Assembly (NCBI GenBank): GCA_024626585.2 | Contig: JANKJI020000004.1 | Location: 3,065,336-3,092,458 of the forward strand | Length of the DNA stretch: 27,123 nt | Direction: 5' to 3' | DNA from: Ginkgo biloba | Lineage: Eukaryota; Plantae; Ginkgophyta | In this document: one piece after another, positions 22,401-27,123 of the stretch | How positions within the stretch are numbered: position 1 is the stretch's first letter | Layout: the number at the start of each line of letters is the position of its first letter | Position numbers and translations under genes: made by a program | Notes under the pieces: generated by a model | The model's input: the letters and a program-made list of their open reading frames with translations, nothing else | The model's database searches: none | Told to the model about the DNA's origin: nothing

Positions 22401-23969
22401 CCATGAATTTAATTTATTATGAATATGACCACCACCTGTGAATGTGATGTTAAGTTGTGTTTAATTTAAATTTTTTAATTTTCTTCCACTATACGCATNN
22501 NNNNNNNNNNNNNNNNNNNNNNNNNNNNNNNNNNNNNNNNNNNNNNNNNNNNNNNNNNNNNNNNNNNNNNNNNNNNNNNNNNNNNNNNNNNNNNNNNNNN
22601 NNNNNNNNNNNNNNNNNNNNNNNNNNNNNNNNNTATGCGACTTTTTCTCTCCAACACCGCACCTTCTTCCCACATAAGTTTTATGCATAGACAGTGAGAT
22701 GTTTCCACAAATTCAACAATTTAGTCTAACATTTTCTCAAACAACAAACTTTTCGGCTATGAAGTCAGACATATTTCAATCCTGCATTCATCGCCAAATT
22801 TATGAAAGGGCCTTTTTCACATCACTTCTTGGTCCCTATATTTTAGAGTACATTTCTACAGCCATTTTCCACGAGATTTGAACATGGGGCACCACAATGT
22901 AAAAGCATCTATGTTTTGTAGTAGTTTTGTAGCAATGAACCATTGATTGACACCCTTTCAAATCCCATTTGACAACAACCATTGCTTGCACTTTCCAAGC
23001 ACTTTTTATACAACAATTAGACAAATAGCATAGCAGATGCTCTTTCAATGAGACATTGCAGTAGTAGCTCCAGCCCCTACCAACATTGACTTTTGTCGAC
23101 ATCAACTCCATAGATGATTTACACTGCTACATCTTTTCCATTAGTCCTCCCATTTTCATTTTCACTTTCATTGAGCATGTATACACATTACTATGCCCAT
23201 GAGGATGCAACTTGTCCATACCGATGTGGCCTTTTTCATCTTCTTCTATTTTTTGCATGACTCTAAGACATGTCCAGTGCCCTTCTCANNNNNNNNNNNN
23301 NNNNNNNNNNNNNNNNNNNNNNNNNNNNNNNNNNNNNNNNNNNNNNNNNNNNNNNNNNNNNNNNNNNNNNNNNNNNNNNNNNNNNNNNNNNNNNNNNNNN
23401 NNNNNNNNNNNNNNNNNNNNNNNNNNNNNNNNNNNNNNNNNNNNNNNNNNNNNNNNNNNNNNNNNNNNNNNNNNNNNNNNNNNNNNNNNNNNNNNNNNNN
23501 NNNNNNNNNNNNNNNNNNNNNNNNNNNNNNNNNNNNNNNNNNNNNNNNNNNNNNNNNNNNNNNNNNNNNNNNNNNNNNNNNNNNNNNNNNNNNNNNNNNN
23601 NNNNNNNNNNNNNNNNNNNNNNNNNNNNNNNNNNNNNNNNNNNNNNNNNNNNNNNNNNNNNNNNNNNNNNNNNNNNNNNNNNNNNNNNNNNNNNNNNNNN
23701 NNNNNNNNNNNNNNNNNNNNNNNNNNNNNNNNNNNNNNNNNNNNNNNNNNNNNNNNNNNNNNNNNNNNNNNNNNNNNNNNNNNNNNNNNNNNNNNNNNNN
23801 NNNNNNNNNNNNNNNNNNNNNNNNNNNNNNNNNNNNNNNNNNNNNNNNNNNNNNNNNNNNNNNNNNNNNNNNNNNNNNNNNNNNNNNNNNNNNNNNNNNN
23901 NNNNNNNNNNNNNNCTTTTACATTATGGACTCTTGTTTTGAGCATAAAGAACCCCTCATTGTCCTTTAG

Positions 23970-24826
23970 GGTGTTTTTGCCATTTATTGCTATAAGGGGA
24001 AGTGGTGGATTTTGGCAATAACAAAGAGCCAGTAAATGATGCACGGATTGGAGATGGTTTTGTTTATTAAAATCTTAATAGTTGCATGGTTAATGCGCAC
24101 AATGGTTGAAAATCCTAAAATAGAGTGCCAAAATTTGCCACATACAATAGCCAAGAACTTCTTTTCTATTACTAAATAATTATGCTCTATAGCAGACAAG
24201 GCCTAACTAGCAAAATAGATAACATATTCAATTGAGTCTTCTTCGTGAACAAGGACAACTTATACTACAAAATCAAATGCACCTATATGGATGTGCATTC
24301 TCCAAGCAAACTCTATTTAGAGCTCCATAGTATTAGTGTTGAAAAAGCTTCTTCACATTTCATCTTCCTTTCAAATGGCATGTCTTTTATTAACAATAGA
24401 TGCAAAGGAGCAACAATCTAGGTAAAATCTTTGATGAATAGCTGGTGATAACCCACAGAGCCCAGAAAGCTATGTACATCTTTAACCTTAGATTTTTAAT
24501 TATAGCAAAATTTGTTGGATCAATTGCAATTCCTTTTTTGGAGAGAAAGTGCCCAAGAACAATGCCTTATGTAAGCAACATCTTGCATTGTTTGTTTCTT
24601 AAAGCCAATTGTGTTTGCTCGCATTTTTGCAATGTGACCACCAATCTTTCCAATGCTTCCTCAAATGTATAACCATAAACCAAGAAGTCATCCATGTAAA
24701 TCTTAATGAGATCATCGATATGCTTGTAGAAGATGCTAAGAACTGCACTTTGGAATGTAGCAAGGGTATTACATAACCCAAAAGACAAAACGTGATATGC
24801 AAAGGTACCTAGTGATTGGAAGATTT
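23970..24826 (-). mobile_element. Degenerate Ty3/Gypsy pol fragment: reverse transcriptase plus RNase H (Athila-like motifs)
   Basis: GTFAYHVLSFGLCNTLATFQ, IYMDDFLVYG, GIVLGH..SKKGIAIDP, SFLGSVGY, then YVIYFAS, EHNYLVIEKKFLAIV, NHATIKIL. Several stops and frameshifts. Confidence 0.9.
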
Positions 24827-25812
24827 TTTTTGCTCTCCAATCTAGTCGGCGACACAGACGCACCACCTAGGGAGTCGCCCTAGGAAACATGGCTAAAGGG
24901 GAATTTTGGACTTGAATTTCAACCCTGGTCAAATGGGGGACTCGCCACCGGCAATAGACCCATTAGAGGTCTGCTCACTGGAGGTAAGGTTAGATTGGTT
25001 TGCAAGCAATAGAGCAAAAGGCTTTAATGGTGAGGCAATGTGACAAGGTGAGTGCTCAAATNNNNNNNNNNNNNNNNNNNNNNNNNNNNNNNNNNNNNNN
25101 NNNNNNNNNNNNNNNNNNNNNNNNNNNNNNNNNNNNNNNNNNNNNNNNNNNNNNNNNNNNNTTTCCATTATCACTAAGTTGGATCATATGGATAGTGAGT
25201 TATAATAATACAACATATTCTAATCCACTAGCTTGATGATGATGGGATCACCACCAATACAAATTAAGTAAGAGTGTGGTCATGTTAGTGTTCTCTCTAC
25301 TTAGAGAATGGTTAGGTTGCCAAAGGGTGGAGTATATCCTATGTTAGATGTTGACTCTATTAGTGCTCTCTTCTGTCAATAGATTTTTATGGATATGTGT
25401 TATTTGTTTTATAAATCTAAATTCACATTTGTTTATAGTTTCAATTTATGGGGAGGTGTGGTTACATTACTTTCTATTGTTATAACTTTATGTTGTTACT
25501 TAAGTTTAGTTTATGTTATATATTTATATTTGTTTATATAAATTATTCCTTTCACATTTAAAGATGTATCATTTTAAATTATTAAGGAATAGTTTTTAAT
25601 TTCTATTAGAGAATATAAAAGTTCATTGCAATTATTTGAATAGGAATAAGTGGTGTATATTAGAGATTTGATACTTAGAACCTAATGCCTAAGTTTGATA
25701 TAGTATAAAATAAAATTAATATAGTATAAAAATGGACAAAGTTAGGACATAAATAAGACTTTAATTCATTAATTTAAGTTAAAGGCATAAATTAAATCCA
25801 TTAAGGTGTTAG

Positions 25813-25843
25813 GTGGCAATTATTTGCCACGGGTGAATGCTAG
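25813..25843 (+). mobile_element. Second Helitron 3' terminus of the same family
   Basis: GTGGCAA-TTAT-TTGCCAC-GGG (25813-25833), 6-nt spacer, CTAG at 25840-25843, then T. AT-rich sequence upstream. Confidence 0.6.
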
Positions 25844-26189
25844 TATGAAGCTAAATAATCATGCCTTGGTCCTTGTATGAGTCAATGGTTAGTGTTTCCT
25901 TGAGTCATTTTCAATACATTGTGAGGAAGATTCAACACCACATCGTCGCTATTTCAAAACATCATGCCTCATGGAATAATGAGTTGCACTTAATTGCAAA
26001 GACGAACTATACCCTCCTCAATCAAGACACTAAGATTTATGTAATGGCTAAAATCCACCCGAGGGATAAAGAAGGGAGCATGGATAGTATGCAATCAAGA
26101 TTTACTATCTATGTTCAAATCGAGTCCTCATGGTTGGTGTACAAGAATCTTTAGCGACATCCATATAGGCCTTAGAGGTATAATTCTCA

Positions 26190-26440
26190 TGTTAGTTTTA
26201 TACAAATGCAAAAAAGATCACCTTTGACTATTGGAAGATGTCTAAGAAGGCTCTTTTATGGTGGGAGTCTTTTATAAGTAGCCTGAGCAGGGGAAAATCC
26301 TCCTTTATCATATTGGCTTGAGTTTAAGGAGTTGAGAAAGAACTTCTATACTCTAGGGTATGAGGATTATGTCTATCTCAAGTAATAGTATCTATTATAA
26401 AAGGCAATATAGTCACTCAAGGATTATTATAAGAAATATG
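26190..26440 (+). mobile_element. Degenerate Ty3/Gypsy gag (Retrotrans_gag-type) fragment
   Basis: KKITF...KALLWWESF, frameshift, then SYWLEFKELRKNFYTLGYED. Resembles the gag pattern AL.WW...W.EFK..L...FYP.GY. Confidence 0.7.
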
Positions 26441-27123
26441 AAGATCTCTCTATTAGGTTTCATATCAAGAATCCTATAGAGAATATGGTGTTTAAATATT
26501 TTGGTTATTGGATTAATGATCAAATTTTTCATGAGGTTGATATTTTTACTCACTATAATATATATAAAGGCATACATGTTTACCTCCAATATCAATTCTC
26601 AAAATAATACATCTCAATCCTTTCAAGGAAATTTTAAGAAAAATAACACTTCTTATCCTCTTTTCTCCTCATTCAATAGGGATACATAGAAGGAATATTT
26701 TAATAATGGAAATAATTTTTGTTACTGTTTAAATAAAATACATAATGAAACTCATTAATTAAATATAAACCTAGAGAAGTCACCTAAGAGTATACATAAA
26801 ACATAAATAAGGGTTAAAATACATATTCCTAAAGTAGCCATATATTTAATAAGCACTCAAATTTCCTTAGTCAGAACCAAGGATAGTAATAATGTTAGGG
26901 ATAATATCTTCACTTTAAATATTCATGTTAAAAATAAGGTGGTGTTAGCTATTATGGATAGTGGAAGCCAAAATAATTTAATGTCTTCATCTATGGTGAT
27001 ATACTTGGGGTTATATTTGTAGGAACATCGATATCCATATGATATCAGTAGAAAGATAAAGGATGATATTGATGGAGTTATCAAACAATTCACCATTAAG
27101 TTTTACATCACCATGGATTATGT

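Noticed and set aside
2031-24044. Long ORFs in the track composed mostly of X
   Set aside because: Artefacts of translating through N gaps.
24842-24884. Minus-strand Helitron 3' end
   Set aside because: The hairpin is about 20 nt from CTAG and the following base is A, not T. Weak fit.

Overview
Eukaryotic land-plant genomic DNA, probably a gymnosperm (inferred from TE types and intron style), from a fragmented draft scaffold with 16 N-gaps (about 5.7 kb, ~21%; six are exactly 100 N and probably unsized). Two host loci lie on the minus strand. (1) A 397-aa Ser/Arg/Lys-rich ORF (5747-6940) with an N-terminal MGSC acylation motif, motifs of the uncharacterized At1g65710-like family and a C-terminal LDNPLISLECFIFL tail. 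It is followed by three CpG-rich segments with phase-0 splice sites (5570-, -4170, 3657-3268) that look like extra exons of an alternative long isoform. (2) The last five kinase-domain exons of a STRUBBELIG-receptor family (SRF) LRR-RLK (13080-14615), with an apparent 2-nt frameshift in the penultimate exon. The rest is mostly degenerate TE sequence: Ty3/Gypsy gag, RT-RNaseH and integrase fragments, a PPT+LTR junction, two related Helitron 3' ends, decayed unknown ORFs and short tandem duplications. No rRNA, tRNA or CRISPR is supported. All family assignments are from motif recall, not database searches.
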